From an uncultured bacterium (GTDB lineage Bacteria; Chloroflexota; UBA5177; JANWHV01), in contig CAVSOU010000011.1 of assembly GCA_963729625.1 (NCBI GenBank), forward strand, positions 128,001-192,000: DNA of 64,000 bases, written 5' to 3'. A program made the position numbers and the translations under genes. This document shows positions 44,390-54,563 of the stretch, one piece after another (within the stretch, counting starts at the first letter, position 1; each line of letters starts with the position of its first letter). The notes under the pieces are model-generated. The model was not told the origin of the DNA. It did no database searches and worked only from the letters and a program-made list of their open reading frames with translations.

Positions 44390-44880
44390 TGTCTGGCTTC
44401 ACTCTGCCTAGTCGCACGCTGCAGCCGCCGCACGAGCATGAGCTGTCTCTCCATATTGGCGATGCGCGCGGTCGGGGTTTGCGCAAGCGTTGACTCCACC
44501 AGCGACAGGTCCACACCCCAGCGCTGCAGATCGCGCAGACGTGCGTTCCGTCGAGCCGCCTCAGCAGCGCGAGGTCCGGACGGAGAAGGTTCCGCATGCG
44601 GGCGCTCGCCCTGCACAAAGCGGCGTACCAGATCGGGCAGGCTGTCGGTGCTGCCGCGATCCTCCGCCTGCCTGATGAACGCGGGTAGCAAGTGAATGTC
44701 GCGTATGGGCGTCTCGCGGGCCAGCATGCCCCCGGGGCCACCAGCCAGGTCCGTCTCCGCCTGCGCGGCAAGCAGGGCCAGCGCCAGCGCTCTGCTGCCG
44801 GCGGTATCCGGCGATAGCTCGGCCCCCATCACTGGCTGCAACCGGGCGTTGAAGGATTGCACGCGCGCCTCACTTATCAC
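44386..44880 (-). CDS. Hypothetical partner of the nucleotidyltransferase (putative antitoxin)
   Basis: C-terminal WGVDLSLVESTLAQTPTARI motif; ATGA overlap with the NTase; start tentative. Confidence 0.6.
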   Translation of the reverse strand: MISEARVQSFNARLQPVMGAELSPDTAGSRALALALLAAQAETDLAGGPGGMLARETPIRDIHLLPAFIRQAEDRGSTDSLPDLVRRFVQGERPHAEPSPSGPRAAEAARRNARLRDLQRWGVDLSLVESTLAQTPTARIANMERQLMLVRRLQRATRQSEARQ

Positions 44881-45391
44881 CGTCTGCCTCGGTGTCCGGC
44901 GTGGCGACGGTGGAGCGCGCGCGCCCGCGCCGCTTCTTGGCCGCGGCACCGACCGGCTCCACGTACAGTTCCTCCAGGACGTGTGCGATGGCCAGAGACT
45001 TGTCGGTGCGGCATTTCTCGTGCACCCGATCGGGCCAGATCGTGTAGGCCAGGTGCGCCCAATCGTAGTCGCCGCGCTCCAGCCTATTCCAGCACTCCTT
45101 GGTGTCTTTCGCCCACTTCGGCACGCGGAACAGGCGGTGCAGCGGGGCTGCGTTGATGATCACGCCGTCGTATGCGCCGAGCCGGCCGATCTGCTGGTCG
45201 TGCACGATGGCAGCGGCGCGACTGACGGTCTCCAGACTGGCGCTGAGAACGGTGCGGGGAAACAACCGAGCCAGCATGCGCCTGCCCACGGGGCTGGTCA
45301 CGGACGTGCCCCACCACGGCGTTGCCGCGTCTTCGCCGGGGCTTCCCACGAGGTAGCGCGCCTGGATGATCGACTCCGCCCACTGTGCCAT
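44870..45391 (-). pseudogene. In-frame chimera: BrxE N-terminus fused to PglX C-terminus
   Basis: PWWGTS...LARLFPRT...AAAIVHDQQIG (BrxE) joined to DGVIINAAPL...GDYDWAHLAYTIWPDRV..KC..DKSLAIAH (PglX tail). Confidence 0.8.
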
Positions 45392-45550
45392 GTCGCGCAC
45401 CCTTCAATAGCGTGACCAGGTCGTGAGTAGCGACAACGTCAGCACGCACAACGGTACCACTTTTCGCCCGCGCTAAACTAAGCAGTATTCAACGCTGTGC
45501 GTACTGACTGGCCTGAGCCATGCCCGCAGCCAAACGTCCACGCCGCGTCC

Positions 45551-46399
45551 TCACGCACGCCGGGCGCCCGATCCAGCACTGCGTTGCCCGGCCGGAGCCG
45601 GCCCCTTCAACCAGTACTCGAACGGACCGATATCGGCGAAGCCGAGTCGCAGATAGATGGGATGGCCCATGTCCGTGGCCTGGAGGACTGCTGGTAGTTC
45701 GGGGGCGGAGGCGATCGCCTGCGCGGTGAGGGCGGTTCCGTATCCTCGGTCGCGCGCGTCGGGAAGCGTCGCTACGGCCGTCACATCGAGCACGTGCTGA
45801 TCGGCAATCGCGGTGGCGGTCGCTACCGCGCGATCATCTACATATCCAAGCCAGGTGCGAATGCGTCCGGTGAGTCCCCGCGGGTCAAATAACGAGCCGG
45901 GCGGCGCAGTTTGGAGGTCGGTCAGGCCAAGGCCGTCGATGGCCACCCGTTCCGCGTCCGCCAGCATGGTGGTATCGGTCGCTTCCACCACGCGCAGTTC
46001 GCGTGGCGTGCCGGGCAGGACGCCGCCGGATCTGCGCGCCATGCACGTGTCGGTAGAGAGCAGGTCGTAGCCCAGTGCCTCGAGAGCAGGGGACGGCCAA
46101 CTACACAGGAGCAGCCATAGCGCTCCGGGCCGCTCGGCATAGAACTGACTCAGTCGGCCATGCAAGTCTCCGACACTTCCCGGGTCGATGGGGCGAAGGA
46201 GCGTTGCGCAATTGAGGAAGGGGCTGGGACTCTCTAGGTCAACTGCAGATGCGTCCTCCCAAAGGAACCAGCGGCCATTCCGGTCATGCGCAAGTTGCTC
46301 GTACAGGAAAGACAGGCTAGCGGCCGAGAGGTGCAGCCATGCTGCGACATCGGCCAGTGACGGCACACCAGTGTGGTGGGACCCAGTGGGCGCTGCCAT
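45551..46399 (-). CDS. GNAT family N-acetyltransferase
   Basis: VATLPDARDRGYGTALT acetyl-CoA motif, ATDMGHPIYLRLGF. Confidence 0.85.
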   Translation of the reverse strand: MAAPTGSHHTGVPSLADVAAWLHLSAASLSFLYEQLAHDRNGRWFLWEDASAVDLESPSPFLNCATLLRPIDPGSVGDLHGRLSQFYAERPGALWLLLCSWPSPALEALGYDLLSTDTCMARRSGGVLPGTPRELRVVEATDTTMLADAERVAIDGLGLTDLQTAPPGSLFDPRGLTGRIRTWLGYVDDRAVATATAIADQHVLDVTAVATLPDARDRGYGTALTAQAIASAPELPAVLQATDMGHPIYLRLGFADIGPFEYWLKGPAPAGQRSAGSGARRA

Positions 46400-46652
46400 G
46401 AGCGTCTCCATTTCACGCGCAACGTTCGTTTCCGGCCGAGGTCGGGCCGAAGGCTCGCCCGTCAATGGGAAGCATTGTATCAGGAGGCCCCACGCCAGGC
46501 ACACAGTCACGACTAAGCCTCCATGCAACGGTCGGTGGCGGGAAGGAACGCACAAACGAGGTGTGTGCGCTGCGCCTTGTAACATCACCATCGGCTCGAT
46601 CGGGAGGGTGGAGGCAACAGGGCGCACGCGGTGCCGCCTTTGACGCCCGCCA

Positions 46653-46688
46653 TTGACACTGTCGTAAGACAACGTTACAATTGTCTTG
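46653..46688 (+). promoter_or_regulatory. Sigma70 promoter with inverted-repeat operator; probable leaderless transcript
   Basis: TTGACA (46653), 17 nt, TACAAT (46676); AAGACAA-N8-TTGTCTT (46666-46687); GTG start 7 nt after the -10, no RBS. Confidence 0.78.
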
Positions 46689-47140
46689 TGATTCCCCCGT
46701 GTGCAGCTGATACCGGACGCCTCCCGCCTGGCATGCATGAGGCAACCTGGCATGAGATCCTTGTACGCTACGGGTTCAACGCGAGGCGCCTGCGGTTGCT
46801 CGCGGGATTCAAGGCCGCGCTGGATAGCCTGCGCCAGGTTGGCTGCGCGAGAGTCTACCTCGACGGGAGTTTTGTCATGGCGAAGGAGCTACCAAATGAC
46901 TTCGACGCCTGCTGGGAAATGGCTGGGCTGGACTTCGATGCCCTCGACTCCCTCCAACCGACCTTGCTCGATTGGAGTCACCGCCGAGCAGCGCAGAAAG
47001 CGATGTTCGGCGGTGAGCTGTTCATTGCCGAATCCGCCGCCGATCCCTGGGGCACGCCCTACCTCGAGTTCTTCCAGCGCGATCGGGATTCCGGGGAGCC
47101 AAAGGGCATCGTCGCCCTCAGTCTAGGAGACCTGCCATGA
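46688..47140 (+). CDS. DUF6932-like nucleotidyltransferase-fold protein (putative toxin)
   Basis: GRLPPGMHEATW, YLDGSFV..KELPNDFD, KGIV. Confidence 0.78.
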   Translation: MIPPCAADTGRLPPGMHEATWHEILVRYGFNARRLRLLAGFKAALDSLRQVGCARVYLDGSFVMAKELPNDFDACWEMAGLDFDALDSLQPTLLDWSHRRAAQKAMFGGELFIAESAADPWGTPYLEFFQRDRDSGEPKGIVALSLGDLP

Positions 47141-47607
47141 TCACCAATGAGCGCCAATATCGGATTACCAAGAGCTGGCTTGAGCGCTTTGCCCAGGCAC
47201 GGGCGGGCGTCGAGACGCACGCGAGCAGCCTGCAGCCGCGCGCCGCTCAGGCCCTGCGCGATCAATACGACAGCCAGCTTGAGGAGTTCCGCCAAGACAT
47301 CGCGGACTACGAGTCGCTGCGCCGCGGTGAGATTACGGTCCTTGAATTGCATTCGCTCGGCGAACTGCCGGAAGCACTCATACGCGCGCGTACGGCGGCA
47401 AAGCTGTCACAGCAGGACCTAGCCATACGCCTCGGCCTGAAGAAGCAGCAGGTACAGCGGTACGAAGCGACACGCTATGCCGGCGTCAGCCTCGCGCGCA
47501 TCCAGGCCGTGGCCGAGGCGCTGGGCCTGACGATCCACGAACAGGTCGTGTTCGGGGTCCTCCCTGCTGAAAGAGGGGCAGAGCCGGCGGAGTCGGTGTC
47601 GGCATAG
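47137..47607 (+). CDS. XRE-family HTH protein (putative antitoxin)
   Basis: MITNERQYRIT; LIRARTAAKLSQQDLAIRLGLKKQQVQRYEATRY; ATGA overlap. Confidence 0.88.
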   Translation: MITNERQYRITKSWLERFAQARAGVETHASSLQPRAAQALRDQYDSQLEEFRQDIADYESLRRGEITVLELHSLGELPEALIRARTAAKLSQQDLAIRLGLKKQQVQRYEATRYAGVSLARIQAVAEALGLTIHEQVVFGVLPAERGAEPAESVSA

Positions 47608-47776
47608 TCTCCGTGCTGTCGAACGGGACCGCAGAGAAGGAGAGTGTGTCGGCACTGCTCGATGGGGCGTGCACACGGGCCACACCGCGCCGGATTAGCG
47701 ACCACGGAGGCGGAGGCGGTGCTCATGACCTCAGTGCGTCACTTGCCACGCCACGCAGGGGCTACTTGTAGGGCAA

Positions 47777-47945
47777 CTACGAAGCATTCTCGGCCGTTGG
47801 CAGTGTCAGCTGGGCTCGGATACGTACGCCAAGTGCGTCCACTATCGCCTGCGCGCGCTCCAGACTCACACCGGTGTAGCGGGTGGATTCGTAGCGTTGC
47901 ACCTGCTGTTCCTTCAACCCAAGTCGCACAGCAAGCTCTTTCATC
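47777..47945 (-). pseudogene. Inverted fragment of a second copy of the same XRE HTH
   Basis: KELAVRLGLKEQQVQRYESTRYTGVSLER aligns to the 47137-47607 protein. Confidence 0.75.
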
Positions 47946-48123
47946 GCCGACCTAGCGACCCGCCGCACGCCCTGGAACGATCTGAAAGCCGAGCCCGATC
48001 GCCCCACGCGCAAGCATCTGCAGGAGTTGTTGGCCCCGTCGCCTCCGCCCCTTCGCGCGCCTGCACCCAGACCGCCGGCATGCAAAACTGCCAAACGAAC
48101 ACGCTCCCTCCATCGCTCCCACC

Positions 48124-48471
48124 CCTGCCCGCTGGCCACGGCAGCCGCCCTCGGTCGTCCCGCGCTCAGGCCACCGTGCGCGGGCGGATCCATCTGCGGC
48201 ATCGGTGAACATCTGTGGCATCGCTGTCTCTGCAGACCGCCTGCCCGCTGGCCACGGCAGCCGCTCTCGGTCGTCGTGCGGACAGGCCGCCGTGCACGGG
48301 CGGGCCCATCTGCGGCATCGGTGAACATCGGTGGCATCGGTGTTTCTGGAGACCGCCTGCCCGCTGGCCACGGCAGCCGCTCTCGGTCGTCGTGCGGACA
48401 GGCCGCCGTGCACGGGCGGACCCATCTGCGGCATCGGTGAACATCGGTGGCATCGCTGTCTCTGCAGACCG
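48124..48471. repeat. Tandem repeat 3 x 116 bp, non-coding
   Basis: Units start 48124, 48240, 48356 (CCTGCCCGCTGGCCACGGCAGCCGC...CATCTGCGGCATCGGTGAACATC...GACCG). Confidence 0.92.
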
Positions 48472-48596
48472 CCGATCGATCGATCACGACCCTCTGCGTA
48501 GCACTGCCTGTGACCCTCCGCCCCCAGATTCTGTATCATGCTGACGATCCCACCGGGACTCGGTGGATCGGGCAGACAGGAGCGAGGAGCTGTCGA

Positions 48597-49538
48597 GTGA
48601 TGGTTGCCGATGGCGAGCGCATTCCGGTCATCCTGGATACCGATATCGGGACAGACGTGGACGATATCCTCGCTCTGGCTCTCCTGCTCCGTTCAGCCGC
48701 CATCGACCTGCGCGCCGTAACGACCGTCTACGCAAATGCGGCGCTTCGCTCGCGCATCGTCAAAGCCGTGCTGTCCGCCGCCGGCCGGCCGGACGTGCCG
48801 GTCGGCTGCGGGGTCGATTGGCCGCTGGTCGTTCGCGGCTCGACCTACTGGGGAGGCTGCGAAGGCGAAGGAATCCTGGAAGGCGCCCCCGAGCTGCCGG
48901 AAGCGTTGCCGTACGCCGTCGACCTGATGACCGATCTCGTGCTCGCCGATCCCGGCGCCGTGACCGTCCTCGCCATTGGGCCGCTGACCAATCTCGCCCT
49001 GGCAATCGCCCGCGAGCCGCGCGTGTCCACTTCTGTCCGGCGCATCGCGATCATGGGGGGCATCGTGCAGCGCCGCTTCGACCAGCTCACGTTGCCCTAC
49101 GTCGAGCACAACATGCGCTGCGATCCGGAGGCGGCACAGCTCGTGCTGGCGTCGGGCGCGCCGATCACTCTTGTGCCTCTTGACGTCACCACTCAGGTCA
49201 TGCTCCGGCGAAGCGACTTGACCGGCCTGGCCGGCGACAGCCTGGGCGCGTTGCTGGCAGACCAGATCGATCGGTACCTCAAGCACGCCGGCCGGGACTG
49301 GACGCACCCGCACGATCCGCTTGCGGCCGCGCTGTTGCTCCATCCGGAGTTCGTGCGGACGCATCGTATGCACGTCTCTGTGGAGACTCGCGGCGAGGTG
49401 ACGTGCGGACAGACTGTCGCCACAATGGCAGGGGATGGCGATCCGGCCCGGGCGGTCGTCGACGTGGCCCTGAGCGTTGATGCCCATGCCTTTGAATCAT
49501 GGCTGGTGCCTTGTCTGGCCGGGGCCGCGACTGTCTGA
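48597..49538 (+). CDS. Inosine-uridine preferring nucleoside hydrolase
   Basis: ILDTDIGTDVDD, IGPLTNLA, EHNMRCDPEAA, HDPLAA. Confidence 0.92.
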   Translation: MMVADGERIPVILDTDIGTDVDDILALALLLRSAAIDLRAVTTVYANAALRSRIVKAVLSAAGRPDVPVGCGVDWPLVVRGSTYWGGCEGEGILEGAPELPEALPYAVDLMTDLVLADPGAVTVLAIGPLTNLALAIAREPRVSTSVRRIAIMGGIVQRRFDQLTLPYVEHNMRCDPEAAQLVLASGAPITLVPLDVTTQVMLRRSDLTGLAGDSLGALLADQIDRYLKHAGRDWTHPHDPLAAALLLHPEFVRTHRMHVSVETRGEVTCGQTVATMAGDGDPARAVVDVALSVDAHAFESWLVPCLAGAATV

Positions 49539-49672
49539 AGACGGTTGTCAGCAGCTACTCCCGCTGGGACCGCAGTGTCAGGCCGCGCCAACAACATAAC
49601 AAATGACGATTGACAGGAGCTCTGGTCGCCCACGTCGGGAACGCCCTCGGTTTCAGAGCGGCTCGAATCGGT

Positions 49673-50548
49673 TCATGAAGAGCCTGGTTCAGGCTCGGTG
49701 AAACGCGCGATCTCGATTTGCTCGAGACGCGCCATCATGCGCACAAACAGCCACAGCAAAGCGATGCCGAGCACCGCGTCGCCGCCATCCATCATGATGT
49801 TGCCGGCCAATACCTGATCGTCGAGTACTGACATACCCCAGAGGCGCGGAACGCGGGTGTAGTAGGCGTAGACCGGCGAGCCGGCAAGAATAATGATGAA
49901 CCCGAGAGCCGACTCGGGAATCGTCGCCAGCAGCACGTACAGGAAGCGCCAGGCGTAGCTCAGCTGCGGCTTGCCTGGATAGGGCTGCAGGATCACCCAC
50001 CAGAACGGGAGCGCCGCGGCGAAGAAGCAGGCGTGCTCCAGCACGTGAAGATTCTCATCCTGCAGCGCGGCGTCAAAGAGAGTCGGGACATGCCACCCCA
50101 ACACCACCCCTGCAAAGAGCGGCCAGGCGAAGAACGGTGATGTCAGTATGTCGGTCAGCCGCCTGAACCAGGTGACTCGAGCATGTCGCGCGGCTACCCA
50201 GCGGACCAGCCCGCGAGGTGCGCCCACGACAAGCACCGGAATCGGCTTGCCCAGCAACAGGAGCGGCGGCGCCACCATCAGCAGCAAGAAGTGCTGGACC
50301 ATGTGCACGGACAGAAGGTCATTGCTCAAGCTGTCTATCGGCGAGAGCAGAGCCGCAGCCACCGCAAGCAGGCCCAGAGCAAAGTACGACTCGTGCAAAA
50401 TTGTCACTGTTCGCCGCAGCCGCCCGCGCCGCCGGAGCGTGCGCAAGCCTCTCACGTAGATGAGCGCAGCCAGTACTGTACTTACGATCACGCTCGGCGT
50501 GAAGGTCCACTGCTGGAGAATGGTGACGAGCGATGGATTGGTACTCAT
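49673..50548 (-). CDS. ctaG: Cytochrome c oxidase (caa3) assembly factor
   Basis: SPID...HMVQHFLLLMVAPPLLLLG, WHVP, HVLEH, DQVLAG. Confidence 0.88.
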   Translation of the reverse strand: MSTNPSLVTILQQWTFTPSVIVSTVLAALIYVRGLRTLRRRGRLRRTVTILHESYFALGLLAVAAALLSPIDSLSNDLLSVHMVQHFLLLMVAPPLLLLGKPIPVLVVGAPRGLVRWVAARHARVTWFRRLTDILTSPFFAWPLFAGVVLGWHVPTLFDAALQDENLHVLEHACFFAAALPFWWVILQPYPGKPQLSYAWRFLYVLLATIPESALGFIIILAGSPVYAYYTRVPRLWGMSVLDDQVLAGNIMMDGGDAVLGIALLWLFVRMMARLEQIEIARFTEPEPGSS

Positions 50549-50754
50549 AGCTCAGAGTAGCACAGCTTTCGCCACTCTCCCGCGGCTCAGGCTCACAACA
50601 GTATGCAGCTGTCACCAGCCGGTAATGGCGCTGTCATGAAACCATCATCTTCTTGTTGCGGTCTGGTCATGCAGCGAACGCACAATTGCTTGTGTAGCCT
50701 GGTGGGGAGAACTATGTGCGATACAGCAGGCATTGACTCTCGGAAGGAGTGACG

Positions 50755-53700
50755 ATGGACACACGATCCCGATTCTTCTTCAGGTACGCGCCTGGCGGCG
50801 TTCGACCCCTCTACGCGGTCTTCGCCGCGGTTGTGGCAGTATGCATGGTCGTGCAGCTTTGGAACCTGATGCCGGCGCACGCGGCCGCTACGTCGTCCCC
50901 GGCGAGTGGCCCTCACGCTCACGCCATCCAGCGGTCCGGTCGGCACGCTCGTTCAAGCCCAAGCCACCGGCTTTCAGGATGGTGAGATCGTCTATCTCTA
51001 CGTAAACAGCCAGCTAAACACCTATACTACGGCCTCCATCGGTTCCGTGAACTTTCACGTTCGCGTTCCCAACAACCGCGAACATTGGCGCCCAGACCGT
51101 TCGACTGCATGGAGTCACGAGCGGCATCGACGTGAGCACGACCTTCAACGTCACGTCGCTCGCCAGCGGCAACCTTTCGCTCGTGCCGACGTCCGGGCCT
51201 GTGGGCACACAGGTAACCGCCACTGGATACGGATACAACCCGTACGAGCAGGTGTACGTGTCGGTATTGGGCTACGGTACGGTATCCACTACCACGGCGT
51301 CGAGCACGGGCGCGGCCACGACTGCCTTCAGCTTCCCGAGCGTCGCCACTGCTGCCGTGGTGACAGTGACGATGTATGGCGCCACCAGCGCCGTCCAGAA
51401 CAGCGCGTCGTTCAGCGTAACGTCTTACTCCAGCAGCACCCTTACGCTCACGCCGGCAAGCGGGGCAGTTGGTACCCTGGTAACAGCCAGCGGCTACGTG
51501 AGCACCTTGACGTATGGCACGTACGCTAACATTCCGGTCACGCTCACCTTCGCAGGCCTGCTGGTAGCGTCGACGTCGACGAACACGAGCGGCTACTTTA
51601 GCGCGACGTTCGTCGTTCCCAGTGCCGTCACTGGTGCGCAGATCGTGACTGCCGCCTCCGCGATCTACGGATTCACGAGCTCTCAGATGTTCTACGTGAC
51701 CTCCGGTTCCAGTACCGCCCTCACCCTCGCGCCGTCGAGCGGAGCGGCGGGAAGCTTGGTAACAGCGAGCGGCTACGTGCCTAACACGACATACGGCGCG
51801 TACGCCAACATCCCGATCGTCATTACGTTCGCAGGCATCCAGGTGGCTTCGGCCACGACGGACAGCACCGGATACTTCACGACGGCGTTCGTCGTTCCGA
51901 ACGGCCTGAGTGGCGTGCAGACCGTAACGGCCACTTCCGCGTATTACGGCTTCAGCGCCTCGCAGGTGTTCACACTCGGTTCGAGTACCGGCCTCACGCT
52001 GACGCCGTCGAGCGGGATCGTGGGGACATCGGTGACTGCAAGCGGCTACGTGACCACCTCGACGTACGGAACCTACAACTTCATACAGATCACGATCACG
52101 TTCGGCAGCACCCAGGTGGCCTCGACCATGACCAACAGCATCGGCTACTACTCGGCAACGTTCAGTGTCCCGAGCGGCGTGAGCGGCTCGCAGACGGTGA
52201 CGGCCACGTCCGCGTCCTACGGCTTCACCGCCGCGCAGATATTCACGGTCGTCTCCCCCAACATCACGCTCAGCAGTACCACGGCAGTGCCTGGGACGCT
52301 CGTGACCGTGACCGGAGGCGGCTTCACGCCGAGCGAAGCGGTGACCTTAAGCTGGTCAAACGGGACCAGCGCCGGGTCTGCTACCGCCGATGCCAGTGGT
52401 AACTTCACTGCGACCGCTACCGTTCCCACAGGACTGACCTCGACCAGCGTCACGATCAGCGCCATCGGCGCGTCAAGCCAGATGACGGCAACGGCCGCGT
52501 TGACTCTTACCGCCGCCACACTCTCAGCCAACCCGGCGAGCCTGGTGGCCGGGAATCAGGTCACATTTGCGGGAGCCGGCTTCGCGCCGGGTGAGGTGGT
52601 GGCGCTGACCGATTCAACCGGTGGCAGCCAGAGCGCGACAGCCGACAACCAGGGGAACTTCAGCGTGACCATCACTATTCCCGGCGCCAGCGCCGGAGGG
52701 AACATCACGTATACCGCGCATGGCGCTACGAGCAAGTCTACCGCCAGCACCACGGTGGCGGTCACCGCGACCGCACCTACTGCGACCGCCACGCCGCAGG
52801 CAACGTCGACGCCGGCTTCATCTCCGACGCCGGGCGTGTCGGCTACGCCGGCAGCCCCGGTGATAGCCACAGGAAGCTCGGCCTGGTATTTTGCGGCAGG
52901 GAGGACTGATCGTGGCTACAGCGAGCAGATCGACCTGCTCAACCCAACTAGCGGCTCCGTACAGGGTACGATCACCACGTATTTCGGAGCAGGAAAGAGC
53001 GCTTCCCAGTCGTTTACCCTGGCGGCACTGAGTCGAGGCACGTACGACGTAGGCACGATCGCGGGGCGGCAAAGCAGCGTCGCCGTCGCCGTCCAGGCCG
53101 GCCAGCCGATACTCGCTGCTGCCACCGGAACGAACGGCACCAGCAACAAGACGGTGCTGAACGGCGTCTCGGCAGGCTCAACCCAGTGGTACTTCGCCGA
53201 CGGCTACACAGGCCTTACGTTCAATGAAACGCTCAGTCTGTTTAACCCGGGCTCGACCGCGGCCAACGCGCAAGTGGTGTGGCCGCTGGAGAGCGGTCAG
53301 CCTGTGCGGCTCGCCGTAAGCGTGCCGGCACATTCGGTCGTGGCAGTGCCGGTCAACCAGCACGTCAACCGCGCTTCGCACGCCACGATCGTCACCGCGG
53401 ACCAGCCCGTGATCGCCGCGCGCACCATGGCCTTTGGCTCCAACGGCCAGGGAACGACGGTCACGCCCGGCGTGACGAATGCCGCCAATGTGCTCTATCT
53501 CGCCGAAGGATCCACCGCTAACGGCTTCCAGGAATTCGTGAGCGTGCTCAATCCGCTGAACACGATAACCGCACACGTGACGGTGACATTCTATGGAGGC
53601 GCCGGGACGGCATTGGGATCTCGAACCCTCACCCTCGGCCCGCTCCGACGCGGCAGTATTGGCGTCAATAGCGTGACACATGCTTCATCCGTGGCTGCCG

Positions 53701-54125
53701 TGATCCGAAGTGACCAGCCGGTGATTGCCGAGCGCGCTATGTACATGGGGGCCCCGAATGGGCCTTCCGGCGGTGGCACGGATGTATTTGCTGCCTCGCA
53801 GACCAGCACCGGCTGGGCATTTGCATCGGGTGATACGAGCGGCGGACAGAAGGAATTCGTTGCGCTGCTGAATCCTGGCGGGACCGCGACCACCGTGCTT
53901 GCCACCTGGTACAACAGCGACGGGCAGCTCACGCAGCAAGGCTTCAACTTGGCTGCCTACGCCCGCATGACGGTAGATGTCGTTCTGTCCGCCCTGTCGC
54001 TTCCAGCCGGCACTCACGGCCTGGTGCTGCAATCGAAGACCGGGGTGCCATTCGTGGCGGAGGAGGCTTTGTACAACAGTACCCTGCAGCAAGGAGGGGC
54101 AGTGCCGGGAATCCCAGTGAGCTGA
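50755..54125 (+). CDS. Large secreted/surface protein with Ig-like repeats and C-terminal WYFAEG-type repeats; two frameshifts near the 5' end
   Basis: Signal peptide ORF 50755-50985, then LTLTPSSG..G repeats in two further frames; Pro/Thr linker; WYFAAG/WYFADG/LYLAEG/WAFASG repeats. Confidence 0.75.
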
Positions 54126-54563
54126 ATGCTTCCTGCAGCCCGGGGTGCCACGACCCGCGCTTCGCGCCGGTACCCAGTGGGTCGCCCTTCCATTCTGCCG
54201 CAACTGGAGGTCAAGTTCAGAGCAGTCGCGGGCCAGGCCCCCGATACCGCACGTTCAAGTTGGAAGCATAGAGCGCCAGTTAGCGGATAGCGGTGGGACA
54301 ACAGGCCGGAATGAGCACGTATCGTCTGCTCATTCCGGCCTGTTTGCGCGGTCGAGAGCCCTGTCGCGTAACCGAGCCCAGTGCCGCAAGCGTCGGGTCT
54401 ATGCTACTATCTATGACCGAGGCTGGTGCATGCCGCGGCTCGCTGCGGCATCCGGAGCCGGCTTCTACGCTGCACCGGCGTGTCGCGAATCGTGCGTGCG
54501 CTCGAATGCGTGCCGGGCGCTCGGCGCTCGAGTTCACGCGGAAACCGGTCTAGAGGGAGAGGC

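Noticed and set aside
48124-48471. 116-bp repeats as CRISPR or as a repeat protein
   Set aside because: The whole unit is repeated with no variable spacer. The period is not a multiple of 3, and the overlapping ORFs look like noise.
29240-48500. Prophage, ICE or IS element
   Set aside because: No integrase, transposase, structural or conjugation genes. Bro-N alone is not diagnostic.
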